A stretch of 64,000 nucleotides of DNA. It comes from an uncultured delta proteobacterium. GTDB taxonomy: Bacteria > Desulfobacterota > Desulfuromonadia > Geobacterales > DSM-12255. The translations under genes were made by a program, and so were the position numbers. Position 1 is the first letter of the stretch; each line of letters begins with the position of its first letter. Location: positions 544,001 to 608,000 of the forward strand of contig CAWBBV010000001.1 of the NCBI GenBank assembly GCA_963787125.1, given 5' to 3'. Below, piece by piece: positions 49,667 through 59,615 of the stretch. The notes under the pieces were generated by a model that was given only the letters and a program-made list of their open reading frames with translations, ran no database searches and had not been told where the DNA came from.

Positions 49667-50575
49667 TCAGCTTCCGGAGATCTGTTCTTTGCCGCCCCGT
49701 GCACTGATGGCCAGAATCGCTATGCCGCTGAAGATAAGAAGTGTCCCGCCAATCTGCCAGCCGCCGAGTCGCTCCCCTAAAACTAACACCCCCAAAAGCG
49801 AGGCTGTCAGCGGTTCGCCCAGAGATAGAGTCGCCGCAGTGCCAATCTTCACTGTCTTCAGCCCGCGCACAAAAAGCCAGTATGACCCGGCTGTGGCAAA
49901 AACCCCCAGATGAAGCACAACCGCTGCCCCTCTTGCCGTCAAAACCCAGCCGGAATCATAAATGAGCAGTAGCGGTGCCAGTAACAGCGCCGCTGTACAA
50001 AATACTACCGCCAGAACTGCGTCAGAGCACTGCTTGTCCAATAGCCCCTTAATGCTGACTGTGTAGGCGGCATAGGAAAAACCAGCACCCAGCGCCAGTG
50101 CGACCCCTGGCGGATCTACCCGCAGGGCTCCTCCACCGGCGGCCAATAAGGTGCAGCCGGCAACGGCAAAAAAAGTAGCAAGCAGCCAGTTCTTTCCCAA
50201 CCTCTCTCCTCTGACCAGGTAGCCGAGCAGACCTGCCGCAATCGGGGAGCTGCCGATAGCAACCATGGTTCCGACCGCAACACCGGTCTTGGAGAGTGCG
50301 GCGAAGAAGCAGAGCTGATATGCCGCAATAAAGAGGGCAGAAACTGCTGTCGGCAGGGCAGGCCAGGAGGTAATTCCTCTCAAGCTCCCCCTTGAAAGGG
50401 CAATAATCAGGAGCGTGACTCCTCCGACAAAAACCCGGAGCGCCCCGAGCGCAACAGGGTTTGACCCCGTTGGAGCAAGCCCCTGAGCGGTGCCGGTAGT
50501 CCCCCAGAGCAAGGCAGCTGCGAGAATGTAGAGTGTCCCGCTGAGATTGGATTGATCTGGCTGGTGCGGACTCAT
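49667..50575 (-). CDS. DMT/EamA-family transporter
   Basis: LWGTTGTAQ, TGVAVGT, LSLGEPLTA. Confidence 0.88.
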   Translation of the reverse strand: MSPHQPDQSNLSGTLYILAAALLWGTTGTAQGLAPTGSNPVALGALRVFVGGVTLLIIALSRGSLRGITSWPALPTAVSALFIAAYQLCFFAALSKTGVAVGTMVAIGSSPIAAGLLGYLVRGERLGKNWLLATFFAVAGCTLLAAGGGALRVDPPGVALALGAGFSYAAYTVSIKGLLDKQCSDAVLAVVFCTAALLLAPLLLIYDSGWVLTARGAAVVLHLGVFATAGSYWLFVRGLKTVKIGTAATLSLGEPLTASLLGVLVLGERLGGWQIGGTLLIFSGIAILAISARGGKEQISGS

Positions 50576-50868
50576 GGAATAGCCTTCTGACAAGAGATGA
50601 TCTTGGGGGCTGTAGGATTTGGAATAGTAATGATGCTTTAGAGAAGCAGCATGCTGATAACCGGTGCTTATACCATTACCCGACTTTAAGTGGACAAGTC
50701 CAATAAATTGACTGATTGTAGCTGCTATTATCTTGAAGCTACTGTAAATGAACCTTGACAATTTATGAATTAAGCAGATAATTTGCCAATAAATCAGTTG
50801 TTTACATCATGTAAAGCCGGTAAGAACCGGGTTATTGAATACTGAGTCAAAATACGGGGGTATTAACA

Positions 50869-51393
50869 GTGAAAACATTGCTAGAACTTGTTGCCGATAT
50901 CGTATCTTCTCATGCTTCAAACACATCAATGACTACCGATCAACTTGTTCAGGAACTTCAGACTGTCCACTCTGCACTGAAAAATCTTGAGCAGGGCGGC
51001 TGTGTAACTGAACTTGCGTCAACTATAGTCGAAGAAGTTAAAGAGAGTACCCTGACTGTGCGGCAGGCTTTCAAAAAAGATGAAGTAATCTGTATGGAAT
51101 GTCAAAAAGGTGGATTCAAGACTTTAAAGAAACATCTTTCAACGGCACATCAGTTGACCCCTGGTCAGTACAGGAAAAAGTTCGGAATCAAGACCACTCA
51201 GAAACTTGCCGCAAAAAACTTCTCTGATGCCAGAAGAAAAGCCGCTGAAGAGAGAGGCATGAATGATGTCCTTGCAAAGGCACGTGAGAAGCGAATGGCA
51301 AATCTGAACGCAGCCAAAGCACCGGCGGCAAAAGCGGTTAAAGCTGCTGCTCCCAAAAAGGCGGCAGTAACAAGAGCAAAAAAAGTAGCCTGA
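50869..51393 (+). CDS. mucR: MucR/Ros-family regulator with Ala/Lys-rich tail
   Basis: ADIVSSH, CMEC..GFKTLKKHL..AH.LTP.QYRKKFG. Confidence 0.88.
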   Translation: MKTLLELVADIVSSHASNTSMTTDQLVQELQTVHSALKNLEQGGCVTELASTIVEEVKESTLTVRQAFKKDEVICMECQKGGFKTLKKHLSTAHQLTPGQYRKKFGIKTTQKLAAKNFSDARRKAAEERGMNDVLAKAREKRMANLNAAKAPAAKAVKAAAPKKAAVTRAKKVA

Positions 51394-51407
51394 TGCACTG
51401 GATATAA

Positions 51408-51442
51408 CCGAAAAAGACCCGCATTTGGCGGGTCTTTTTCGG
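51408..51442. terminator. Bidirectional terminator
   Basis: ccgaaaaagacccgc-atttg-gcgggtctttttcgg. Confidence 0.85.
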
Positions 51443-52579
51443 TTATTGAACTATTAATCGCTCCAGATCCCCGATCAGATCATCAACGTCCTCAAGTCCT
51501 ACCGAGAGCCGGACCAGCGTATCGCTGATCCCCCTGGCGGCTCGCTCTGCCGGCGGCATCGCCGCATGCGACATTTTAGCCGGGTAGGATATGATGCTCT
51601 CTACGCCGCCAAGACTCACCGCAAAAGCCGACAGTTCAACCCCCTCCAAAACTCGCTTGGTTAACTCATAACTCTCAAACTCGAAGGAGAGCACTGCGCC
51701 AGGCCCGGAGCTTTGCGCGGCGTGGATGAGATGCCCGGGATGAGACGCCAGGCCGGGGTAATACACCTTTGTCACTTCTGGCCGGCTTTCAAGCCAAGCG
51801 GCGATCTTTGCGGCACTTTTCTGGCTCTCTTCCATCCTGACTTTCAAGGTTTTCAAACCCCGCAGCGTCAACCAGCAGTCCTGTGGTCCGAGAATGGCGC
51901 CGAAGGCGTTCTGGACAAAACGGAGTCTCTGAGCCAGCTTCTCGTCTTTCACAACCGCAAAGCCGCAGACAACATCACTATGGCCGTTGATGAATTTGGT
52001 ACCGCTGTGGAGGACGATATCGCAACCAAGTTCAAGCGGTCTTTGCAGGTATGGGGTCATAAAGGTGCTGTCTACAAGGGTTAGTAGGCCGTGCTTGCGG
52101 GCGATTGCCGCTGCCCCTTGCAGATCGCTGATTTTCAGGAGCGGGTTTGAAGGTGATTCCAGGTAGAGCGCGACAGTTTCCGGCAGGATGGCAGCCTCAA
52201 TCGCTGCCAGCGAGGTTGCATCCACAAAGGTAACTTTCAGCCCCCACTGACTGAAAAGCCTGGTCAGCACTCTGAAGGCGCCGCCATACACGTCCTCACA
52301 GACCACCAGATGGTTGCCCGGAGCAAAAATCATCAATGCCGAAGAGATAGCTGCCATGCCGGAGCCGAAAGCACATGCGGCCGTGCCCCCCTCAAGATTG
52401 GCAACAACCTCTTCCAACGCTTCACGGGTCGGGTTGCCGGAGCGGGCATAATCATACTTGCCGAAGTGATCAACCGACTTCTGGGCAAAGGTTGATGTCT
52501 GGCATACCGGGATGGAAAGTGCTCCGGTTGCCGGGTCGATTGAATGGCTGCCGTGGATAAGCCTTGTAGAGAATTTCAT
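51443..52579 (-). CDS. Trans-sulfuration enzyme, probable cystathionine beta-lyase (MetC-like)
   Basis: YARSGNPT, SGMAA, HSGTKFINGHSD, VSLGGVES. Confidence 0.85.
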   Translation of the reverse strand: MKFSTRLIHGSHSIDPATGALSIPVCQTSTFAQKSVDHFGKYDYARSGNPTREALEEVVANLEGGTAACAFGSGMAAISSALMIFAPGNHLVVCEDVYGGAFRVLTRLFSQWGLKVTFVDATSLAAIEAAILPETVALYLESPSNPLLKISDLQGAAAIARKHGLLTLVDSTFMTPYLQRPLELGCDIVLHSGTKFINGHSDVVCGFAVVKDEKLAQRLRFVQNAFGAILGPQDCWLTLRGLKTLKVRMEESQKSAAKIAAWLESRPEVTKVYYPGLASHPGHLIHAAQSSGPGAVLSFEFESYELTKRVLEGVELSAFAVSLGGVESIISYPAKMSHAAMPPAERAARGISDTLVRLSVGLEDVDDLIGDLERLIVQ

Positions 52580-53719
52580 CTACTCCTCCCTGAACGCCTG
52601 CTGCAGGTCTGCAATCAGGTCGTTGACGTTTTCTATGCCGACAGATAACCGCAGTAACCGGTTGTTGATCCCCATTTTATCCCTCTTTTCAGGCTCGATG
52701 TCGGCGTGGGTCTGCACTGCCGGGAAGGTCATCAGGGTCTCAACGCCGCCGAGACTTTCGGCAAAAGAGATCAGTTCTGTTTTGAGAAGCAGTTTTTCCA
52801 CCAGCTCCGGCGATGCTACTTCAAAGGAGACGACAGCGCCAAAACCATCGGCCTGTGTTTTCTGCAGGTTGTGCCCCACATGATTTGCTAGCCCGGGATA
52901 GTATACCTTTGTGACCTGTGCGTGCTTACCGAGCCACGTTGCTATGGCGAGTGCATTCTCTCCCTGCCGGTCAAGCCGTACTGCAAGGGTCTTCATGCCG
53001 CGGATTGTCAGCCAGGAGTCCTGGGGCCCGAGGATTGCGCCAGCTGCGTTCTGGTGAAAATAGACCCTCTCCGCGAGGGCGGGATCCTTGACCGTGACCA
53101 GTCCGCAGATTGTATCGTTATGACCGGAGAGATACTTGCTGCCGCTGTAGATGGCGATGTCTGCGCCGAGTTCAAGGGGCCTGAGCAGATACGGCGTGAG
53201 AAAAGTGTTGTCAACGATGAAGAGCAGCCCCTTTTCCTTGCAGAGTGTGGCGAGAGAACGAATATCGGTAACTTTCAACAGCGGGTTGGTAATGGATTCA
53301 ACAAAAAGCCCCTTGGTATTCTCTCTGATAGCGGCCTCAACCAGACTGTTATCGCTTGTGTCAACATAGGTGAATTCAAGGCCGAACTGCTGAAAAATCT
53401 GCTCAAAAAGCCGGTAGGTGCCGCCGTAAAGATCTTCGGTGACAATAATGTGATCGCCTTGTCTGAAAAGCAGCAGGAGACTGGTAATTGCTGCCATGCC
53501 GGATGAATAGGCGAATCCCCGTGCCGCGCCGTCCAGTCTGGCAATGCCGGCTTCAAGCGCCTGCCGCGTCGGGTTTCCTGAGCGGCTGTAATCATAGCCG
53601 GTACTCTGGCCCAGACCCGGATGGCGGAATGTTGCCGACTGGTAGATAGGCACAGACACCGCGCCCGTTCGTGTATCCCACTCAAGACCAATCTGGACTG
53701 CCTCTGTTGCAATATTCAT
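52580..53719 (-). CDS. Trans-sulfuration enzyme, probable cystathionine gamma-synthase (MetB/MetI-like)
   Basis: YSRSGNPT, SGSKYLSGHND, AESLGGVE. Confidence 0.85.
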   Translation of the reverse strand: MNIATEAVQIGLEWDTRTGAVSVPIYQSATFRHPGLGQSTGYDYSRSGNPTRQALEAGIARLDGAARGFAYSSGMAAITSLLLLFRQGDHIIVTEDLYGGTYRLFEQIFQQFGLEFTYVDTSDNSLVEAAIRENTKGLFVESITNPLLKVTDIRSLATLCKEKGLLFIVDNTFLTPYLLRPLELGADIAIYSGSKYLSGHNDTICGLVTVKDPALAERVYFHQNAAGAILGPQDSWLTIRGMKTLAVRLDRQGENALAIATWLGKHAQVTKVYYPGLANHVGHNLQKTQADGFGAVVSFEVASPELVEKLLLKTELISFAESLGGVETLMTFPAVQTHADIEPEKRDKMGINNRLLRLSVGIENVNDLIADLQQAFREE

Positions 53720-53730
53720 GAACAACCTCC

Positions 53731-53770
53731 AAAAAAATATTCCCCTTCCGGGGTGCGGAAGGGGAATATT
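53731..53770 (-). terminator. SAM-I expression-platform terminator
   Basis: aatattccccttccg-cacc-ccggaaggggaatatttttt on the minus strand. Confidence 0.8.
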
Positions 53771-53788
53771 GTGAAAATAGTCCTCGCT

Positions 53789-53894
53789 CCCTTATCTCGC
53801 GCAACCTTGCGGTTTCGCAGGAATTGGCACCTTCCCCTTTGGGGAGGTTGCCGCGACGTCACAGGGCCTGTCCCTCAGTCGCTCTTGATAAGAA
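53789..53894 (-). ncRNA. SAM-I (S-box) riboswitch
   Basis: CUUAUCAAGAG...GAGGGACAGGCCCUGUGA...GGCAACC...GGUGCCAAUUCC...GAGAUAAG upstream of Met biosynthesis genes. Confidence 0.95.
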
Positions 53895-54097
53895 AATATG
53901 TAGTGTTAACCTATACAACGGGTCAAGAAATGTCAAGCTGTTTTATACTGTTTTACTAGGGAATCTGTTTCCTTGCCCCATGGAGATTTTCTTTCATGCT
54001 TGACGTTGAACAAGGGTATCGTAAAAATAGTGGAATTTAAGTTTAACGCGTAGTAGTAATTATGCTGCAACTGGCGTCACTATCAGCATCAGGCAAG

Positions 54098-54130
54098 AAA
54101 AAAGGGCTAGCCAATGTTGGCTAACCCTTT
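54098..54130 (-). terminator. Terminator after the tRNA
   Basis: agggttagccaa-ca-ttggctagcccttttttc. Confidence 0.75.
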
Positions 54131-54138
54131 GAAAAGAC

Positions 54139-54212
54139 TGGCTGGGGTGCGAGGATTCGAACCTCGGATAACGGAGTCAGAGTCCGTTGCCTTACCGCTT
54201 GGCGACACCCCA
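54139..54212 (-). tRNA. tRNA-Gln(CTG)
   Basis: TGGGGTGTCGCCAAGCGGTAAGGC-ACGGA CTCTGAC TCCGT-GGTTCGAATCC-CACCCCAGCCA; CCA encoded. Confidence 0.96.
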
Positions 54213-54272
54213 AAAAGAAAACAGTGTATAGCAGATAGTCGCCCCCTTTTCAAGCATTAACGCAAGATGCTT

Positions 54273-55097
54273 TTACATTAGGGTACTGTGCAGAAGCTCT
54301 TTGTAAATATTTCTGGGTTCAGGCAGGCCGTTGATGACTGACAGGTATGTCAAATGCAAATGTGATGGAGACCTTCGCTTCCAGGCATTTAATCCTGTTC
54401 TGCCTACCTCGGCAATACTATCCCCGGGTTTAACCAGATCGCCGATTTCGACAAGTAAGGTGCTGTTATGGGCGTAATATGTCAGGGCATCTGCTGTCGG
54501 GTCATATATCCAGAGGTATTTCCCCCCGCGCAAGGTGCTCGAAACATCCCAGCCATTTTCCCTGGCGACAACTACACCACCGGTGAGTGACAGTACCCTT
54601 ACAGGTTTTTGGGATACGTCATCGATACTGACCTGCTTTTTATCCCGTATAAAAATATCCTGTGAGGGGTGTCCGCTATGGCTGTTGCCGTCAAAATAGT
54701 TGTACCCACCCCTTTGATAGCCGTTTCCTCTGATTCCACCGATTGCTTTATACCCGTACCCCTGTAAAGGGAACACCCAATCGCTAACAGAATAGTCATC
54801 GCCGCCTGCAGCGTAATATTCTTTTCTGATTGCCCCGATCAATTTTCTGAACTGAACTTTTGCCGCCGGCTTTTTGATGGACCTGTCTCTGATGCTGGTA
54901 TTCAGCACATTGAATTCAGTACACAATACTAGTAATTTAGCAGGCGCTCCGGTCGCGTGTCCTACAGTGACTAAACTCACTATCATAATTACAGCGAGAG
55001 TCATTGGCAGCAAGATCTTGAAAATGATTTCGATTCTCCTTGACTTTTTAGCAGTGCATTTTCTTCCAGACAGATAAAAAGCTGCCGACTGCGCCAA
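54273..55097 (-). CDS. M23-family metallopeptidase (start uncertain; alternative 55004)
   Basis: HPSQD (HxxxD), YYAH, VGRTG, HLH. Confidence 0.85.
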   Translation of the reverse strand: MAQSAAFYLSGRKCTAKKSRRIEIIFKILLPMTLAVIMIVSLVTVGHATGAPAKLLVLCTEFNVLNTSIRDRSIKKPAAKVQFRKLIGAIRKEYYAAGGDDYSVSDWVFPLQGYGYKAIGGIRGNGYQRGGYNYFDGNSHSGHPSQDIFIRDKKQVSIDDVSQKPVRVLSLTGGVVVARENGWDVSSTLRGGKYLWIYDPTADALTYYAHNSTLLVEIGDLVKPGDSIAEVGRTGLNAWKRRSPSHLHLTYLSVINGLPEPRNIYKELLHSTLM

Positions 55098-55102
55098 CTG
55101 AA

Positions 55103-55534
55103 TTAATCGGTCTTTTGAATGTTTTGTAACTGCCTGAATACGGTCATGGCGTATTTGTCCCTCTTGCTGGGGGTCTGGCTGTTATAGCAACCGATGGCTT
55201 CCCAGGAGTAACCATATTTTTTCATGCAAGCGGATAATATCCTGGCTCCACCTTTAATATTGCTGCATGGGTCGCCGAGAGTCATCCACCAATCTTTTCC
55301 CAAGGTATAGTACCAGCTTGAATTGATCTGCATGACACCAAAATCGTAGGTGCCGTTTTTGTTCCAGTTGACTGCTCTGGGGTCGAAGTTGGATTCAACC
55401 TTGGCAATGGCTTTCAATATCTGGGGGTTTATGCTGTATTCAACCCCTGCTTCTTGAAAACAAAGCTCTTCTGCTCTTACAGCAGTTGCCACAAGTAGAA
55501 ATGTCATTATGCAAAACAACTTGAACTTGATCAC
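55103..55534 (-). CDS. Lytic transglycosylase (SLT domain)
   Basis: AIAKVES, GVMQINS, AIGCYNS; signal peptide. Confidence 0.9.
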   Translation of the reverse strand: MIKFKLFCIMTFLLVATAVRAEELCFQEAGVEYSINPQILKAIAKVESNFDPRAVNWNKNGTYDFGVMQINSSWYYTLGKDWWMTLGDPCSNIKGGARILSACMKKYGYSWEAIGCYNSQTPSKRDKYAMTVFRQLQNIQKTD

Positions 55535-55621
55535 GATTTTGGTCCCGGATGTTTACAAAAAGTGTAAAATTTCAATACGCGTCATTCTACCATGTATGAA
55601 TAATTCAAATGAGTAAAAATG

Positions 55622-55657
55622 AAAAGCCCCACTAAATTTATCAGTGGGGCTTCTTTT
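55622..55657. terminator. Intrinsic terminator
   Basis: aagccccact...agtggggctt with T runs on both sides. Confidence 0.7.
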
Positions 55658-56077
55658 AAGTTCAAGCTAGGATACCTTTTCAAGGTCTTTTCCGGCTCTT
55701 TATGCCTCCGGAGCATTGTTTCAACTCTCTGTATCCAAACTACCCAAAATACCTGGTGGAGTGCTATCAGTCATGTTCCCCTCCTTGGTCAGTTTCTACA
55801 TCCTGCTTCTGTCTAAACAGTAACATCTGTTGCGTGAAAATACAGTCTGTTTAAAATATTTTTATCGGAGTATATTTTAAAGGTTAAATAAAGAACGATC
55901 TTGCTGCGCATCCTCGCTTGGAAGCCACCCTGCCAGCGTTACTCTCTCCCCGGTTACCGATAATATGCCAACTATGCAGAGTGGGAAAGAGCGCTGCTAA
56001 TTCAATCTAGCCAAAGAGTTATGCTTCATGTAGATATATTCCATGCAGATATATGAATTCTATCGGGAGTTTTTAAA

Positions 56078-59000
56078 TTGACCGATTTTGTTAAACAACT
56101 TGCCGCCGTAGCCGCCTGCCTGAAAAAAAATGATAAAAAAACTATCCTTACGGGGCTTACCGGTTCATCGGCAGCATTTCTTCTTACCCGTCTCCTGGCA
56201 GAGTCCACTGAGCTTTTCATTGCTGTCACTGCCGACAGCGATGCCGCTGAAGAGCTTTTTCGGGAACTGCGCTTTTATGCCGAAAAGCCGGAAGAGATTC
56301 TCCATTTCCCCGCCTGGGATGTAACCCCCCTTGATGCCGTCTCGCCCCACAGCAATATTACCGGGGAACGGCTGAACACGCTCTTCAGGCTAATGGGTGG
56401 TGGTGTCAGGGTGGTTGTCACCCCTTATGCTGCTGCAGTTCAGAAAGTTCTTCCCCGCCAGACACTCGGCGATCTCTCCCAGTATCTTGTCGCCGGCGAA
56501 GAGGTTGCTTATGATGATCTCCTGGGGAAACTGGTGAAGCTCGGCTATTCACCGGTGCCGCTGGTTGAGGATCGCGGAGGATTTTCCGCCCGGGGGGGGA
56601 TTCTTGACATCTTCCCGCCGAATCTTTTGCATCCCGTCCGGATTGAGTTTTTCGGGGATTTTGTCGAGACGATCAGAACCTTCGATCCGCTGACACAACG
56701 CTCGCTTCATCCCATGGAAGAGTTGGTACTTCTCCCTTCCAGAGAAGTGATTCTGGCTCCGGAAGTTATGAAAGAGTTCACCGGTCGCTTGAAACGCCTC
56801 TGCGATGATATCGATATACCGGTTCCCCGCCGCAGGGAACTTGTAGAACAGCTCAACTCATCAATATACCCGCCAGGGATCGAGAATCTTCTGCCGCTTT
56901 TCCACGGACCGCTGGAGACTCTTTTCGATTACGCCGGAAGTGCGGCAGTGTCGGTGCTTTTGGATCCTGATCTGATTGCCGAGGCCCGTCAGGAGTGGCT
57001 CTACGAATTAGATAAGAATCGCAACAGCTCCCTTGAGCAGGAGCGAGTCATCTGCGAAGCGGCCCAGCAGTTTCTGGTTGGCGCTGCCGGGCTTGCGGAA
57101 AACTTTCCCGGTCGCCATCTTCATCTCCCCAGGTTGGAACTGCTCAGCAGTACGCCAGGGACAAGCTTCAATTTTGCCGTTGAGCAGAACAGCGACCTGA
57201 AACTCTTGGTGACTCCCGATGGTGAAGGGGTTATGAAGCCGCTTGCAGAGAGGCTCTCAGGGTGGTTAAAGTCTGAGATGAGGATCTTCATCCCCTGCCA
57301 TCAACGTGGTCAGGCCGAGCGGCTGATCTCCCTGCTGGAGCATTACAAGCTGCCGCTGAAAATAGTTGAGCGCAGCTTTGCGGCCGAGCATTTCAGGCGG
57401 GACGGCGGTATTTCCCTGCTGATCGGTGAGATTTCGCGGGGTTTCCGTCTCCAGGCTGCAGGCGTAGCCGTTGTCTCTGAAGAGGAGCTGTTCGGCAAAC
57501 GCGTCCGCCGCCGCGGCGTTTCCGAGATGAAGAAGAAGCAGATCCTGACTTCGCTGGCAGAGCTGAAAGTCGGCGATTATATGGTGCACCTTGACTTCGG
57601 GGTCGGGGCATATCGTGGCCTTGAGCATATTGAGCTCTCCGGCGTTGCCGGCGATTTCATCCTGCTTGAGTACGCCGGTGGCGACAGGCTTTATCTGCCG
57701 GTTGACAGGATGGCGCTGGTGCAGCGCTATGTGGGGGCGGAGGGGCTTGAACCGCGGGTTGACCGGCTTGGTGGCGTTGCCTGGGATAAGGCCAAGGCTA
57801 AGGCGCGTGAAACGGTTGAGGAGATGGCAGTCGAGCTGCTGGAGATATACGCAGCCCGTCAGGTGGAAAAAGGCTTTGCCTTTTCGCCGCCGGACGATCT
57901 TTATCGTGAATTTGAAGCAGCCTTTGCCTGGGACGAAACCCCGGATCAGCTTTCGGCAATTGATGATGTGCTCCAGGATATGATGAGTGAACGACCCATG
58001 GATCGGCTTGTTTGCGGCGATGTCGGTTACGGCAAGACGGAAGTTGCCATCCGGGCCGCGTTCAAGTCGGTTATGGATGGCAGACAGGTAGCGGTGCTGG
58101 TGCCGACGACCATTCTGGCTCAGCAGCACTTTGAATCTTTCCGGGAACGTTTCAAGGATTATCCGGTCACAGTTGAAATGCTCTCCCGCTTCCGTAGCCC
58201 GAAAGAGCAGAAGATTATTCTGGAAGATCTGGCCAAAGGGAAAGTTGACGTTATTATCGGGACCCACCGGTTGTTGCAGAAGGATGTTGAATTCAGGGAG
58301 CTGGGACTTCTGGTCGTGGATGAAGAGCAGCGTTTCGGCGTTGTCCACAAGGAGAGGCTGAAAAAATTCCGGGCCACTGTCGACATTATGACCCTGACCG
58401 CCACACCGATTCCCCGGACCCTGTACATGTCCATGATGGGGGTCAGGGATCTCTCCATTATTGATACCCCTCCGGTGGATCGCCTCGCTATCAAGACCTT
58501 TGTCGCCCGCTTCAATGAGGAGCTTATTCGCGAGGCGGTCATGCGGGAGCTGCGGCGGGGCGGGCAGGTTTTTTTCGTCCACAACCGGGTACAGTCCATC
58601 GGGGTCATGGCCGAGCATCTGGCACGAATCGTACCGGAAGCGAAAATCGCCGTTGCCCACGGCCAGATGAAGGAAGGGGAGCTGGAAAAGGTGATGCTCG
58701 GATTCATGCACGCTGAGACCAACATCCTTCTCTGCACCACCATTATTGAGTCAGGACTCGATATTCCCAGCGCGAATACCCTGATTGTCAACCGCGCCGA
58801 TGCTTTCGGGCTTGCCCAGCTGTATCAGCTGAGAGGCAGGGTCGGTCGTTCCAAAGTCCGGGCCTTTGCCTACTTTCTCATTCCGGCTGAAGGGGCAATC
58901 GCTCCTGATTCAAGGGAACGGTTGAAAATTCTCCAGGATATATCGGAGCTTGGCGCCGGTTTCAGGATAGCCACCCACGACCTGGAGATCAGGGGGGCAG

Positions 59001-59557
59001 GCGATATTCTCGGCGCAAAGCAGTCCGGCCAGATTGCGGCTGTCGGCTTTGAGCTCTTTACCGAACTTCTGGAAGAGACTATTCAGCGGTTGAAGGGAGA
59101 GGGGACGACCGAGCGGGTTGAGCCGGAAATCAAGCTGCGTGTGCCGGCGTTTATCCCGGAGGATTTTGTCAAGGATGCCAATCAACGACTGGTTCTCTAT
59201 AAAAAACTGACCCAGGTGATTTCTGAAGAAGAGGTTGTTGATATCCGGGCAGAGCTTGTTGACCGGTACGGCAAGCCGCCGCTGGCCGTGGAATACCTGC
59301 TGGAACTGATGAAACTGCGTCTGCTTTTCAAGAAATTCCTTATCCTTGAGGCCGAGTTTGACGGCAAGAGACTCACATTCGCGTTCCACGAAAAGACCCC
59401 CGTTTCTCCTGATCTGATCATCGCCCTGATCAGGAGTCAGCCGAAGAAATACCAACTCACTCCGGACTTCAGGCTGATTGCCGAGCTGACGGACACCAGC
59501 TTTGACGGAGTGCTGCTGGAATCCAGAAATCTCTTGAAAAAACTGGGGGGTGTATGA
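56078..59557 (+). CDS. mfd: Transcription-repair coupling factor
   Basis: UvrB-like N-terminus, RID, CGDVGYGKTE, DEEQRFG, QLRGRVGR, TRG motif. Confidence 0.97.
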   Translation: MTDFVKQLAAVAACLKKNDKKTILTGLTGSSAAFLLTRLLAESTELFIAVTADSDAAEELFRELRFYAEKPEEILHFPAWDVTPLDAVSPHSNITGERLNTLFRLMGGGVRVVVTPYAAAVQKVLPRQTLGDLSQYLVAGEEVAYDDLLGKLVKLGYSPVPLVEDRGGFSARGGILDIFPPNLLHPVRIEFFGDFVETIRTFDPLTQRSLHPMEELVLLPSREVILAPEVMKEFTGRLKRLCDDIDIPVPRRRELVEQLNSSIYPPGIENLLPLFHGPLETLFDYAGSAAVSVLLDPDLIAEARQEWLYELDKNRNSSLEQERVICEAAQQFLVGAAGLAENFPGRHLHLPRLELLSSTPGTSFNFAVEQNSDLKLLVTPDGEGVMKPLAERLSGWLKSEMRIFIPCHQRGQAERLISLLEHYKLPLKIVERSFAAEHFRRDGGISLLIGEISRGFRLQAAGVAVVSEEELFGKRVRRRGVSEMKKKQILTSLAELKVGDYMVHLDFGVGAYRGLEHIELSGVAGDFILLEYAGGDRLYLPVDRMALVQRYVGAEGLEPRVDRLGGVAWDKAKAKARETVEEMAVELLEIYAARQVEKGFAFSPPDDLYREFEAAFAWDETPDQLSAIDDVLQDMMSERPMDRLVCGDVGYGKTEVAIRAAFKSVMDGRQVAVLVPTTILAQQHFESFRERFKDYPVTVEMLSRFRSPKEQKIILEDLAKGKVDVIIGTHRLLQKDVEFRELGLLVVDEEQRFGVVHKERLKKFRATVDIMTLTATPIPRTLYMSMMGVRDLSIIDTPPVDRLAIKTFVARFNEELIREAVMRELRRGGQVFFVHNRVQSIGVMAEHLARIVPEAKIAVAHGQMKEGELEKVMLGFMHAETNILLCTTIIESGLDIPSANTLIVNRADAFGLAQLYQLRGRVGRSKVRAFAYFLIPAEGAIAPDSRERLKILQDISELGAGFRIATHDLEIRGAGDILGAKQSGQIAAVGFELFTELLEETIQRLKGEGTTERVEPEIKLRVPAFIPEDFVKDANQRLVLYKKLTQVISEEEVVDIRAELVDRYGKPPLAVEYLLELMKLRLLFKKFLILEAEFDGKRLTFAFHEKTPVSPDLIIALIRSQPKKYQLTPDFRLIAELTDTSFDGVLLESRNLLKKLGGV

Positions 59558-59615
59558 TAGTTTCCGGAGGGTTTTACACAAATTTGGTGACTACAAAAAA
59601 TCAAGGAGATCAACT

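Noticed and set aside
54139..54212. tRNA as an integration site
   Set aside because: No duplicate of its 3' end seen in the window, and it is followed by its own terminator.
55696..55723. Selenocysteine read-through of the micro-ORF TGA (small hairpin follows)
   Set aside because: Read-through adds only about 7 residues before TAA, with no redox motif and a weak hairpin.
57266..58711. 481-aa antisense ORF and many similar shadow ORFs (e.g. 40344-41318, 24873-25688, 3212-3964)
   Set aside because: They lie opposite well-supported genes, lack motifs, and are expected from codon bias.
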